Origin: Candidatus Poseidoniaceae archaeon
GTDB lineage: Archaea > Thermoplasmatota > Poseidoniia > Poseidoniales > Poseidoniaceae
Direction of reading: 5' to 3'
Assembly (NCBI GenBank): GCA_049598575.1
Contig: JBMYNT010000003.1
Coordinates: forward strand, 1,155-65,154
Length of the DNA stretch: 64,000 bases
Numbering within the stretch: position 1 is the stretch's first letter; each line of letters opens with the position of its first letter. Shown in pieces: positions 36,985 to 46,931 of this stretch. The notes under the pieces are model-generated. The model did no database searches, was not told the DNA's origin, and saw only the letters and a list, made by a program, of their open reading frames with translations. The translations under genes and the position numbers were made by a program.

Positions 36985-37788
36985 ATGACTGGCTTTGCGC
37001 TGATTGGAATGGGGCCCGGAAAGGTCGAATCCATGACGCTTGAGGCTGTTGAAGTTGCAAAAAAGGCTGATGTCCGTCTCTACGAAGCCTATACAGCATT
37101 GTGGCCTGAAGATGAATTGTCCAAATTGGAAGCGTTGATTGGCCCAATTGAACGCATCATGCGGCCTGCTGTTGAGCGGCCTGAAGAGCTGTTCGAACGA
37201 GCGAAAACGCAATCCATCGCCATCTTGGTTGTTGGTGATCCAATGCAGGCAACGACCCACATCGACTTTCAACTGCGTGCTCAGAAAGCTGGTCATTCTG
37301 TTCGAGTGATTCATGGCATCTCTGTGACAACGCTTGTTCCAGGTTCAACAGGTCTTTCGGATTACAAATTTGGACGGTCAACAACGTTGACGTATCCGTA
37401 CGGTGACTGGATTGTTACATCGCCACTCGAGGTGATGTTGAGAAATCAGATGCAAGGCCTCCACACCTTGGTGTTGTTTGACCTCGATCCTACTGGCGCA
37501 GGAACCGGTGACCAGCGCCCCATGCAGCCAGTGGATGCATTCGCAAGCATCGAAAAAATGGCTCAGAAACTCAGTGAATCAGATGTTGATGGGGCTTTGA
37601 AGGAACAAGCTGCATCCTTGTTTGAATCCATGTGCGTCCTTTGTTGTGACTTGGGTACAAACGATGCATCCATGCAAACGACTTCCATCAACAATCTCAA
37701 GACCCAATCAGGCGGGAGATTGAATTGCATGGTCTTCTTAGCCAACTTGTCGGAGATGGAACAAGAGGCCATCAACCGCTGGATGTGA
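36985..37788 (+). CDS. dph5: Diphthine synthase
   Basis: Tetrapyrrole-methylase fold: MTGFALIGMGPG…VRLYEAYTALW…ILVVGDPM…HGIS, typical of Dph5. Confidence 0.8.
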   Translation: MTGFALIGMGPGKVESMTLEAVEVAKKADVRLYEAYTALWPEDELSKLEALIGPIERIMRPAVERPEELFERAKTQSIAILVVGDPMQATTHIDFQLRAQKAGHSVRVIHGISVTTLVPGSTGLSDYKFGRSTTLTYPYGDWIVTSPLEVMLRNQMQGLHTLVLFDLDPTGAGTGDQRPMQPVDAFASIEKMAQKLSESDVDGALKEQAASLFESMCVLCCDLGTNDASMQTTSINNLKTQSGGRLNCMVFLANLSEMEQEAINRWM

Positions 37789-37792
37789 TACG

Positions 37793-39856
37793 ATGGATGT
37801 TGGAATTCTTCTTTCCTTCTTGCTGTTTCTCGGATTCTTTGCAGGTGTTGGACTTGCAAGCATGCGCGTCAAACAAGACACAACCGATGACTACCTCGTA
37901 GCAGGGCGCGGAATGCATCCTGCTCTCGCAGCGCTCTCAGCGGTCAGTACGTGGAACTCTGGTTACATGTTCATCGGTTTCATTGGATTCATCTACCTAA
38001 TGGGTTACTCTGCCATCTGGATCGGTTTGATTTCCACTGTTGGCCAATTGGTTGCATGGGCTTGGCTGTACAAATTCATCCAAAAAGAAGGAAATGAACG
38101 TGGATTACGCTCGCTTTCTTCCCTTGTCTCTGAGAAAGCTGGGGCTCCGGAAGCAAAATTGGCAGCGGTACTCTCCGTGTTCTTCTTGTCAATCTATGCT
38201 GCAGCACAACTTACTGCAGGAGGAAAGGCGCTCTATGTTATGCTCGGCTGGCCTGAATTGGTTGGTATTCTCATCGGATTCGTTCTCGTCGTTGCGTACT
38301 GTTACGCAGGAGGTATTCGAGCATCAATTTGGACCGATGCTGCTCAATCCTGCGTGATGATCGTTGGATCGGTTATCTTGTGTTGGGTTGCTCTTGGTGA
38401 TGTTGGAGGGTTCTCTGGAATGCACAGCGAACTGGAATCGCAAAGTGCGACCCTTGTCAATTTCCTACCGACGGATATCTCATTGGGCATCTCACTTTAC
38501 CTACTCGCATTCTTCCTTGGTGGATTGGGTGTTGCAGGTCAACCACAAGTTGTATCCAGAGTCATGACGCTCAAATCCGATGAGGATCGAAAGCAGGCCA
38601 TGATTTGGTTTTTCGTCTGGCAAACGCCGTTCATCGCTTTGATGTTCATCGTTGGACTTGCCAGTCGAGTCTTGTTTACAGATGGTGATTTCGATGCAGA
38701 ACTTGGTCTACCTGCACTCGCTATGGACACACTACCTGCACTTGGCGTTGGAATGATTCTTGCATCAATTTTCGCTGCAACAATGTCAACTGCTGACAGT
38801 CAAGTCCTTGCTTGTACCGCCGCCATTACCGACGACATCAAACCAGAATGGCGAGAAAATCACAAGACGACCAAGAAAGTCACCTTGTACGTCGCTGCTG
38901 CTGCTACTATGATTTCGATCGGAGGACTTTACGTGCCCGGTGGCGATTCCGTCTTTGCGCTCGTCGTTCTTGCAGTCTACGGCCTCGGTGGCATCTTCGT
39001 TCCTCTTCTCATCGTTCGCTGGACAGGTTACAAGCCCGACACATTTCACTCGATTGTCATGATGATATCGGCCTTCACAGGCGTCATCGTTTGGACATTC
39101 CTCGGTCTTGGAGAGGACGTCTTCCCATCTGTTCCAGGCGTTGGATCTGCATTCATTGCACACTTCATCATGTGCGCAGTTCGTGAAGATTCTGCTTCCA
39201 ATCCGTTTGGTCGATTCGAAATTTCACAAGAGCGGCGGCGGCAATTTGCAACAGTTGGAATCATCGCACTGTGTTTTGTTGGCGTTGCAGAAGGTGCCTA
39301 TGCAGTCTACGGACCGGAGGGCGATGGAGAATCGGATGCAAACAGAGTCGCTATGTATCAAATCGATGGAAATTTTTCTCTTATTGAAATTGGATCCGGG
39401 ACTGAAGTGATTTCAGATAGCGCTCAAGTTTCAGCTTCAAGCGATGCTGTAGATTGGAATGGGTTGAACGTCGTAGGGTTCCACATGATGACGAGCCATA
39501 CGGACAATGAACAGGGTTGCAATTTCCTCGCAAATACGGAAGATGACGAAGTTGGGTATGATGGAGGCATCGATGGTTCAACTGTAGCGAATTCAGGATT
39601 GCAACAAACACTCGAATCTGAATTCTATTGGATAGATTCTACTCTTGTCGGGAGCACAACGACCAACTCAACCTCCTCAATCGCTTCGATGCTCGATGGC
39701 GGTGATGTTGGAATGGGAATGTACGAATTTACAATCAACGTCGTTGTCAACAGCGGAGGTTCTCCAGTCTGTCAAAACGATGATTCAAACGAATCAATTG
39801 ATTGGACAATCTCTCTGATTACGCTTGACTATACGTTAACAGAAGTCAAAGAGTGA
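37793..39856 (+). CDS. Sodium:solute symporter (SSS family) with about 200-aa acidic C-terminal extension
   Basis: N-terminal DYLVAGRGMHPALAALSAVSTWNSGYMFIG is typical of PutP/SSS transporters, and there are about 13 TM helices. The final roughly 200 aa are hydrophilic, D/E/N/S-rich and contain sequons. Confidence 0.7.
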   Translation: MDVGILLSFLLFLGFFAGVGLASMRVKQDTTDDYLVAGRGMHPALAALSAVSTWNSGYMFIGFIGFIYLMGYSAIWIGLISTVGQLVAWAWLYKFIQKEGNERGLRSLSSLVSEKAGAPEAKLAAVLSVFFLSIYAAAQLTAGGKALYVMLGWPELVGILIGFVLVVAYCYAGGIRASIWTDAAQSCVMIVGSVILCWVALGDVGGFSGMHSELESQSATLVNFLPTDISLGISLYLLAFFLGGLGVAGQPQVVSRVMTLKSDEDRKQAMIWFFVWQTPFIALMFIVGLASRVLFTDGDFDAELGLPALAMDTLPALGVGMILASIFAATMSTADSQVLACTAAITDDIKPEWRENHKTTKKVTLYVAAAATMISIGGLYVPGGDSVFALVVLAVYGLGGIFVPLLIVRWTGYKPDTFHSIVMMISAFTGVIVWTFLGLGEDVFPSVPGVGSAFIAHFIMCAVREDSASNPFGRFEISQERRRQFATVGIIALCFVGVAEGAYAVYGPEGDGESDANRVAMYQIDGNFSLIEIGSGTEVISDSAQVSASSDAVDWNGLNVVGFHMMTSHTDNEQGCNFLANTEDDEVGYDGGIDGSTVANSGLQQTLESEFYWIDSTLVGSTTTNSTSSIASMLDGGDVGMGMYEFTINVVVNSGGSPVCQNDDSNESIDWTISLITLDYTLTEVKE

Positions 39857-40685
39857 ATCGTTGAGCCTCGTATCCAATTGACCAGCCTGATGCTTCAAGT
39901 TGTCTAAATGCATCCGAATGTGGGTTATACAACAGGTTTGTATGATTGAGATGAATAAAATAGATGTCTGGATCATCCTCGCGTCGTAGTCCCAATCGGT
40001 AAAGTGATTCTTCGACCGTCGGATGTGGAACGACGCCCATGTCACGGCCTTGCAGTTCACCACCAGACCAAAACGTTCCATCGAGGAGTGCGACATCGAT
40101 GTTGAATTTCCGAAGGAACGCTCGAATTGATTCACAACCGTGTAGTTCCAGAGTTTGATCCCAAGAATCGTGATCGGGTAAGAACAGCAAGGACTTCTCT
40201 TCGCCTCTGATGATTGTAGCATGCATGTCCGAAAGTTCAGCTCGATGAGGTACTGGAATGAATTCGACAATCACATCATCGATCTCAACCTGCGGAAACG
40301 TACTAGGCTCAAGCACATTTTGTTGCAACAATTGATTCCAAGCCGGTGTTGCTTCAATGAGTGCTTGCATCGATGGACTGCAATGGAGTTTGATGTTTCG
40401 TGCTGACATCGTTTCTCGGCCAAACAAACCCAGTCCATCCACGTGGCCAAGGTGTGCATGGGTGATGAAGAGATGATCGATGCTCGGATTGCCAATCATC
40501 CGCAATTGACGCCCAAGGTCTCGGGTTGCTTCGACAAGGAGTGTTGTCCCACCGCTTGTTTGAATTCCAAGAGCAACTGGACTCCTGTAATCATCTTCTG
40601 TCAATCCTTGACAGCACGAACGAGTGCAGCCAGGTTGGGGGCGCCCTCCGTCTTGGGCGATTCCAAGCAGTGTAACGACCGCCAT
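39846..40685 (-). CDS. Metallo-beta-lactamase-fold hydrolase, PqqB-like
   Basis: N-terminal LLGIAQDGGRPQPGCTRSCC resembles PqqB 'LGSAAGGGFPQWNC…C'. HxHxDH-type motif FITHAHLGHVDG. Later HR/D/H ligand residues are present. Confidence 0.55.
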   Translation of the reverse strand: MAVVTLLGIAQDGGRPQPGCTRSCCQGLTEDDYRSPVALGIQTSGGTTLLVEATRDLGRQLRMIGNPSIDHLFITHAHLGHVDGLGLFGRETMSARNIKLHCSPSMQALIEATPAWNQLLQQNVLEPSTFPQVEIDDVIVEFIPVPHRAELSDMHATIIRGEEKSLLFLPDHDSWDQTLELHGCESIRAFLRKFNIDVALLDGTFWSGGELQGRDMGVVPHPTVEESLYRLGLRREDDPDIYFIHLNHTNLLYNPHSDAFRQLEASGWSIGYEAQRFTL

Positions 40686-40771
40686 GATGACAGCACACAC
40701 TCCTGCAACATAGACATATTCAGGGGGAAGACCTCAAGCGAGACGCCTGTCTGGAATGGGATGACGGGCTT

Positions 40772-42526
40772 ATGGCACGACCAGCGCAGGTATCCTTCCC
40801 TGGCCAAAAACAACGGATGCGGATGCGTGGAACAAAGCATGCAAACGATGCTACGGCGAAGCGGCTCAGTCGGCAATTGCGACAGCTCCTCGATGACCCG
40901 GACAAGTATCTCCCAACCATGACATGGAAAGGCCGCTTGAGTTGGGGTCGGAAAGATCCGGTAACGAAGACCTTGCAAGAACTCCGAAAGATTGTTGCCA
41001 AAAAAGACGATATGAAATGGCTCTCAAAGAGAATGCTTGCAAAACGTGGCGATCCAGTCGGGAAAGCCCTTGCTGGCTCATTGCATGCTGCTCATGATGA
41101 GGAGATTTCACTGGTTGGAAATTTCAAATCCCCGAATTTTGGGTCGGGCTCGTTTATTCGACGTGGCGACGGGAAGCAAGGATATCTTGCTGGATTACAA
41201 AATCATCAGAATCTCACATTACGGATGTTGCCATGGGAAGAACATGCACGGAAAGGGATGTACTTCTTTTCCTGGGAAGATGGATTCGTATGCACTGGAC
41301 CAAATCCAAACCCTCCAAAGGGATGGCTGGAAGATGTTCTCGAACGATCTCGTTTTGATTTCAAACACGAAGAATTGGAGGGTGTCGATGTTTACGTGGC
41401 CGGAGAGATAACTGGACAAGATGTTCTCAACGGAACGCCTTCCTCACAAGGATGGGTTCGTCTCACATTCAAACACGGACCGATTGTTGGCATCGATTTG
41501 CAATCTCTGAAGGCTACCAAAGAAAAACAGAGTGCATTTGTTCACCATCTTGCACTTTCGATGCTTCCTCCATTGCTGACTTCAATTGTTGACATTGATG
41601 CGATGTGGGTTCCAAATGGATGGGATCTGAAGGACAGTCTTCCAACTGGTGCGCAAGAAGGTCTTGAGAAGTTGATGGCTGGTTGGCATGGTTTGACTGT
41701 TCCAGAAGGCAACCTTACACGGGCTTGTGAACGTGCAGTTCTTGATTCACTGGATTTCGGTTTGCTCATTGGCTCTTCATGGAGCAAAGGAGATTCCATT
41801 GAACAAATCCTAGCATCTTTGGAGGACATGCAAGGCTCACAGGATGAGAAACTGCTTGCAGCTGGTGTGTTCCTTGAGGCCATGGGACTGACAAAAGAAG
41901 GAATTCGAATCGATGCAAGAGGTGGACGACAGGAACGTGAAGGAAGCATCGTCGAAGTCATGGAAGGTGCAAGCCTTACCGATGCAGTGCAAGCCTTGTG
42001 GGAAGATTTCGGCCTCGCAGGACTCACATCCATTGGAATTGAAGGCGATGAAGCCGAAATCATTTGGGAGCAGCAGTTGAAGAAACCAAAGCCCCTCAAA
42101 ACCTTCCTCAAAGGATTGGACTCGTCGAGGAAGAAAGCACAACAAAAAGCAAAATTCCCTTACCGCATTGGCGATCTTCCAGGACCTGTTGGTGCGATTC
42201 ATGATTTGATTCTCACTGGCCTATTGGAAGGTCCAGGAATTGCTGAACGAAAAGCCACATCACGACATGACGATATCGATGGCGCCGCTGCGGGGTGGGC
42301 ATGGTTGCGTGCTGCTGAACGCTCAACAGGACAAGAATGGCATTTTGAATCGCTTGCTCGAGACCGTGGTGGGGCTTGGATGGAAGCAACGAAAGCATTG
42401 CTCGAAGCAGGAAAAGGGCTCCTCAATTCAGAAGAAAGTACGGCTGCAGATTTCATTGAGGCCTTGAACGTCCTACATACATCGACAGGACAGCAAGAGC
42501 CTCTTCCAAATCAGCCTAATGCTTGA
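40772..42526 (+). CDS. Hypothetical protein (584 aa), no recognisable domain
   Basis: Long ORF with good coding character: acidic, with no low-complexity artefacts. No motifs I can assign. Start uncertain. Confidence 0.4.
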   Translation: MARPAQVSFPGQKQRMRMRGTKHANDATAKRLSRQLRQLLDDPDKYLPTMTWKGRLSWGRKDPVTKTLQELRKIVAKKDDMKWLSKRMLAKRGDPVGKALAGSLHAAHDEEISLVGNFKSPNFGSGSFIRRGDGKQGYLAGLQNHQNLTLRMLPWEEHARKGMYFFSWEDGFVCTGPNPNPPKGWLEDVLERSRFDFKHEELEGVDVYVAGEITGQDVLNGTPSSQGWVRLTFKHGPIVGIDLQSLKATKEKQSAFVHHLALSMLPPLLTSIVDIDAMWVPNGWDLKDSLPTGAQEGLEKLMAGWHGLTVPEGNLTRACERAVLDSLDFGLLIGSSWSKGDSIEQILASLEDMQGSQDEKLLAAGVFLEAMGLTKEGIRIDARGGRQEREGSIVEVMEGASLTDAVQALWEDFGLAGLTSIGIEGDEAEIIWEQQLKKPKPLKTFLKGLDSSRKKAQQKAKFPYRIGDLPGPVGAIHDLILTGLLEGPGIAERKATSRHDDIDGAAAGWAWLRAAERSTGQEWHFESLARDRGGAWMEATKALLEAGKGLLNSEESTAADFIEALNVLHTSTGQQEPLPNQPNA

Positions 42527-43680
42527 TTCAAATCTTCCCAAAGATCCTCAACATCTTCGATTCCAACGCTGATTCGGACATATCCTGGCTCAATTCCTGC
42601 AGCGATACGAACATCGACTGGCATGGCCATGTGACTCGAGGTAGCAGGCACTTCAATGAGCGATTCAACACCACCAAGCGAGGTTGCTTCATAGAACAAC
42701 TTCAGCTTGGACATGAATTCCATAGCACCCTCGTCGCCACCAGCGACAACAATTCCAAGCATTCCGCAACCTTTCGGTACAACCCGCTGTGCAATTTCAT
42801 ATTCGGAATGTGAAGGAAGTGTAACATGCTGAACACGGACCACGTTCGGGTGATCTTGGAGTCGACGTGCAAGTTCTGCAGAATTTGATGTGAGGATCGG
42901 CATACGTGCGTGGAGGGTGCGCATACCTCGTTCGAGGAGGTAGCAATTGTGAGGATCTGGAGCGCCTCCAAAGTGAACACGACCCATGAAAATCTTCGAA
43001 ATCAGCTCCTTTGACCCAACGACTGCTCCTCCAAGGAGGTCAGAGTGGCCACCGAGGTATTTCGTTGTGGAATGGATGACCAAATCTGCGCCCATGCTCA
43101 AAGGCTGGCAGCCCCAAGGTGATGCGAATGTGTTGTCGACGATGACCAACAAATTGTGTCGCTTTGCAACCTCAACCATCGCTGGAATGTCGCAAACTTT
43201 GAGGTTTGGATTTGTGATGGTTTCGATGTACATGATTTTCGTATTGTCTTGGATGGCTGCTTCGTACGAAGAAGGATCACGAATATCGGCCATGGTTGTC
43301 TCAATACCAAGTCTTGGCAATTCTTCCGTCATCAGACCATAGGTTCCCCCATAAACATCGGCAGATGCGACGATGTGGTCGCCTTGGTTGAGGAGCATCA
43401 GCATGGTTGTCGAGATAGCGGCCATACCGCTTGCAAACGTTTCAGCATCTTCTCCGCCCTCCATCGCACAAATTTTCTGGGCGACTGCATCTGAATTAAC
43501 AGAGGAAAGGCGCGAGTAAAGAAGTGTATGCTGAGCACCAGCAGCCCAACCAGCATAGCGTTCTTCCGTGAGTTTGTAGGTCGATGAAAGGAAGATTGGC
43601 GTGTTCACAGAATCGCCAACATGATTGGTTCCTGCGTGCACGTTTTTGGTCGCATCGCGGTGATTGTTGTGTTCTGCCAT
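42511..43680 (-). CDS. Cystathionine gamma-synthase/beta-lyase / O-acetylhomoserine sulfhydrylase family PLP enzyme
   Basis: PLP-lysine motif STTKYLGGHSDLLGGAVV. N-terminal HAG…TPIFLSSTY, ESLGGVESL, and …RISVGIEDVEDL at the C-terminus are the Cys/Met-metabolism PLP-enzyme signatures. Confidence 0.8.
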   Translation of the reverse strand: MAEHNNHRDATKNVHAGTNHVGDSVNTPIFLSSTYKLTEERYAGWAAGAQHTLLYSRLSSVNSDAVAQKICAMEGGEDAETFASGMAAISTTMLMLLNQGDHIVASADVYGGTYGLMTEELPRLGIETTMADIRDPSSYEAAIQDNTKIMYIETITNPNLKVCDIPAMVEVAKRHNLLVIVDNTFASPWGCQPLSMGADLVIHSTTKYLGGHSDLLGGAVVGSKELISKIFMGRVHFGGAPDPHNCYLLERGMRTLHARMPILTSNSAELARRLQDHPNVVRVQHVTLPSHSEYEIAQRVVPKGCGMLGIVVAGGDEGAMEFMSKLKLFYEATSLGGVESLIEVPATSSHMAMPVDVRIAAGIEPGYVRISVGIEDVEDLWEDLNQALG

Positions 43681-43743
43681 GGTCTCGCCCGATTTTTTCC
43701 TCATGGCAGACAGGACTTGAACGATGTGCTACTTTTCGATGGC

Positions 43744-44706
43744 TTATTCTTCCTCAGGTTCGAAGATAACAACTGATATTGGAGCTTGTTTGTTTGGATT
43801 CTCGCGTAGCTCAACCATGAGATTACCAATGAGTAAGGCGCCACCGCCAACCGCAATCCAGCCTGTCCAACTGGTCATGCCCAAGCCTAAGGCAAAGATG
43901 GTCGCCCAGACCGGTTCAAGGGCATAGATGATGGCTGCTTGGACAGGGTGGAGGAAGCGTTGAAGCAGATTCAACAACAACAGAGCAAACAGCGATCCAA
44001 TCAGGCCCAAACAAAACAGTGGAATAATGACTCCGTCGTTCGTGAGAACCGATAATGCATCGGTTGTTGACGTCCCTGCTGTGAGGATCGCCACCACAAG
44101 GCTTCCTATAGCAACGATGAGAAAGGAAGTACTCGTTACGCCAATTGGACTCATTTCTTCGGTTATCTTCTGTGTATAGAGGATATGTAGAGCGAAGAAA
44201 AAGGCGCAAAAGACCGTAAGAACTTCCCCTGCACCCCATGACAGATGAGGCGGTCCTTCGATGAAACCTGCTCCAAATGTTGCAAGGGCAACACCGAGAA
44301 TCATGGTCCGAGTCACTTTTTGTCCGGTTAGTGTCGTCGTGATCAACGCCGTAAACACGACGTAGAGTGAGGTCAAGAACGCTGATGTCGATGGTGTGAT
44401 TGAATCAAGACCAATCATCTGGGTGATGAAACCAACAAGCAAGATACCTCCAAGAATTGCTCCTCCTTTCCACAATTGTTGATCTCCTAATGCTGAACGG
44501 GCCTCTCTTGAAATCAAAAAGAGAGCAATAAAGGCGATGAAAAATCGTCCACCAACGAGCGTTGCAACAACGGGTGTTCGGCCATATGCCTCGATTTCTG
44601 GCTGGATGGCATTCATGGCTTGTTTCATCCAAATGAAGGTTGCACCCCAGGCGAACGTCACGGCGAGGAGGCCCCATGCCGCCTTTCGACGCATCAATGC
44701 CTCCAT
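43744..44706 (-). CDS. EamA/DMT-superfamily transporter
   Basis: Ten predicted TM helices in a duplicated 5+5 arrangement, which is typical of EamA-like proteins. Start set at MEALMRRK. Confidence 0.6.
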   Translation of the reverse strand: MEALMRRKAAWGLLAVTFAWGATFIWMKQAMNAIQPEIEAYGRTPVVATLVGGRFFIAFIALFLISREARSALGDQQLWKGGAILGGILLVGFITQMIGLDSITPSTSAFLTSLYVVFTALITTTLTGQKVTRTMILGVALATFGAGFIEGPPHLSWGAGEVLTVFCAFFFALHILYTQKITEEMSPIGVTSTSFLIVAIGSLVVAILTAGTSTTDALSVLTNDGVIIPLFCLGLIGSLFALLLLNLLQRFLHPVQAAIIYALEPVWATIFALGLGMTSWTGWIAVGGGALLIGNLMVELRENPNKQAPISVVIFEPEEE

Positions 44707-44786
44707 GATTCCCCTCTTCCATTCATAGTGCATAGTGATGATGGTCGGTCAAGAAGGCTCAAAGAGCGTCGATAAGTGGTCAAACC

Positions 44787-46133
44787 ATGTCGTCTTGGGA
44801 GGAGCCCATTGAAACCGGCGAAGTGCCTGAATCCGGGTCTACATTTGATGCCATTGTTGTTGGCGGTGGACCGGGCGGTTGTTCTGCTGCAGGCTATCTC
44901 GCTATGGCTGACAAGAAAGTGCTCCTTATCGAAAAAGGCGTTTGGCCTCGGGACAAAATATGCGGTGATGCCGTGGGCGGAAAATCACTGTCGCATGTCA
45001 AAGCCCTTGGTGTCAAAAAAACGCTTGAGTCTACGCCTCATTTCAGAGTGAATGGAATTCTGTTCTCCAGTCCAAATGGGAACGAGGTGCGCGTTCCACT
45101 ACCAGAGGAAGACGTTGCTCGGCTTGAAGCTGGGTATGCATTGCCTCGGCAACAGTTCGATCATTTGCTCTTTGATCGGGTCCAAGAATTGGTTCGCGAG
45201 AAAGGCGGGTCTGTCATTCAAGGAGGCTCTGTCAAGGAAGTCTTGTACAACGATGGAAACGACCCCGGAAAAGGAACTGGTTCGAAGCGAAAGGCCACCG
45301 GCATTCAATTAACGGTGGGTGGAAGAAAAGGTACTGTCATGGAATTTCATGCTCCGGCCATCGTCGGGGCAGGCGGTTACCTTTGCCCAGTTGCCACCTC
45401 ACTCGTTGTCGATACGTACCAAGAGACGATGGTTGATCGGAAGCATTACTGTGGCGGATACCGCGAATATTGGGATGGCGTAACAGGCTGTGAAGGAAAC
45501 ATCGGAGACATTGAAATTCACTTTGTTGACACCATCATTCCAGGATATTTCTGGATCTTCCCAATCGGAGAAGGTCGAGTCAATGTTGGCTGTGGTATGG
45601 TCATGCATTTGATGGACAAGCAGTCGAAGAAGCTGAAGTCCTTACAGAAGGAGATCATCACCAACCATCCACAATTTAAGGAACGTTTTGCAAATGCGAC
45701 CATGGTGGAAGGGAGTGCAAAAGGGTGGCAACTTCCATTCGGTTCTCCGAGGAAGAAACAGAAGAACCAGCCACGAAGAATGGCCATGAACGGTGCGTGG
45801 CTCGTCGGTGATGCTGCAAGCCTCATCGATCCATTCTCTGGAGAAGGCGTTGGTAATGCACTCGTTACTGGTGAAATCGCTGCACGCCACATCGTTGAGG
45901 GACGCTCTCCTGAAGAATACCAAACCGAAGTTTGGGCGACACTTGGTGCTGAACTCAAAAACAGTTACCGAATGCAGTCACTAAGCCGGAAGTCTTGGTT
46001 GCTCAATTGGTTTGTTGGGAAAGCAAGTCGCAAACCAGAGTTGCAAGAAATGATGACCGAGATGATTGCAAGCAAAGAAGCGCAAGAAAACTTGCACTCG
46101 CCATGGTTCATGTTCAAGACCTTGATGTTCTAA
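44787..46133 (+). CDS. Geranylgeranyl reductase family FAD-dependent oxidoreductase (digeranylgeranylglycerophospholipid reductase-like)
   Basis: FAD motif DAIVVGGGPGGCSAAGYLA…LLIEKG, ICGDAV, and the C-terminal WLVGDAASLIDPFSGEGVGNALVTG motif of the GGR/ChlP family. Confidence 0.8.
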   Translation: MSSWEEPIETGEVPESGSTFDAIVVGGGPGGCSAAGYLAMADKKVLLIEKGVWPRDKICGDAVGGKSLSHVKALGVKKTLESTPHFRVNGILFSSPNGNEVRVPLPEEDVARLEAGYALPRQQFDHLLFDRVQELVREKGGSVIQGGSVKEVLYNDGNDPGKGTGSKRKATGIQLTVGGRKGTVMEFHAPAIVGAGGYLCPVATSLVVDTYQETMVDRKHYCGGYREYWDGVTGCEGNIGDIEIHFVDTIIPGYFWIFPIGEGRVNVGCGMVMHLMDKQSKKLKSLQKEIITNHPQFKERFANATMVEGSAKGWQLPFGSPRKKQKNQPRRMAMNGAWLVGDAASLIDPFSGEGVGNALVTGEIAARHIVEGRSPEEYQTEVWATLGAELKNSYRMQSLSRKSWLLNWFVGKASRKPELQEMMTEMIASKEAQENLHSPWFMFKTLMF

Positions 46134-46142
46134 GGTGACATC

Positions 46143-46931
46143 ATGGGGACTGCACTTGAAGGCATCAAAGCGGTTTTTCTCGATTTAGATGGAACGATCT
46201 ACCTCGGTGGAGAATTGATTGATGGCGCCTTGGATTTTCTTCAGCGTTGCGATGATCAAGGTGTGATGCGCTTCTTCCTTTCCAACAATTCTTCTCGGAG
46301 CGTTGATCAATACGTCAAGAAGCTGGAGAAAATGGGGATTCCTGCAACATCGGATGATGTCTTGCTCTCCACTCATGATTGCATTGCGTGGTTGAAGCGG
46401 AACAACATCACAGAAACCTACTGTGTTGGAACGCAGGGAATGTGTGAAATGCTCGAAGCTGAAGGGATTTCAACGCGTTCCGCAGACCCTCAGTACGTTG
46501 TCCTAGGATACGACACTGAGACGACCTATGAGCGTCTCGAAACAGCAAGTCTCTATCTTCATGCAGGCGTGCCTTTGATGGCATCACACCCGGACATGGT
46601 TTGTCCATCACCAGCCGGTGGACTTCCAGATGTTGGAGCCTTCCTCGCACTTTTCAAGGCAACAACAGGCGTTGAGCCGACCCATATTTCTGGTAAGCCA
46701 AATCCTGGGATGATTCTGCACAAAATCGATGAACTTGGATTGAAACCTGAGGAGTGCGCTATGGTTGGCGATCGACTTTACACGGATATTGCCATGGCCA
46801 ATCGTGCCAGTTGCATGGGCATCTTGGTTCTTTCAGGAGAGGCTACGGAAGCGGATGTTGCTGCCTTACCCGAAGGTGCTGAACAACAACCCTCGCTCAT
46901 TGTCCCATCTGTTGATGCATTACTCAGGTGA
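46143..46931 (+). CDS. HAD-superfamily hydrolase, subfamily IIA (NagD-like sugar phosphatase)
   Basis: Motif I FLDLDGTIY, SNNSS (motif II), and the C-terminal MVGDRLYTDI (motif IV). 262 aa. Confidence 0.75.
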   Translation: MGTALEGIKAVFLDLDGTIYLGGELIDGALDFLQRCDDQGVMRFFLSNNSSRSVDQYVKKLEKMGIPATSDDVLLSTHDCIAWLKRNNITETYCVGTQGMCEMLEAEGISTRSADPQYVVLGYDTETTYERLETASLYLHAGVPLMASHPDMVCPSPAGGLPDVGAFLALFKATTGVEPTHISGKPNPGMILHKIDELGLKPEECAMVGDRLYTDIAMANRASCMGILVLSGEATEADVAALPEGAEQQPSLIVPSVDALLR

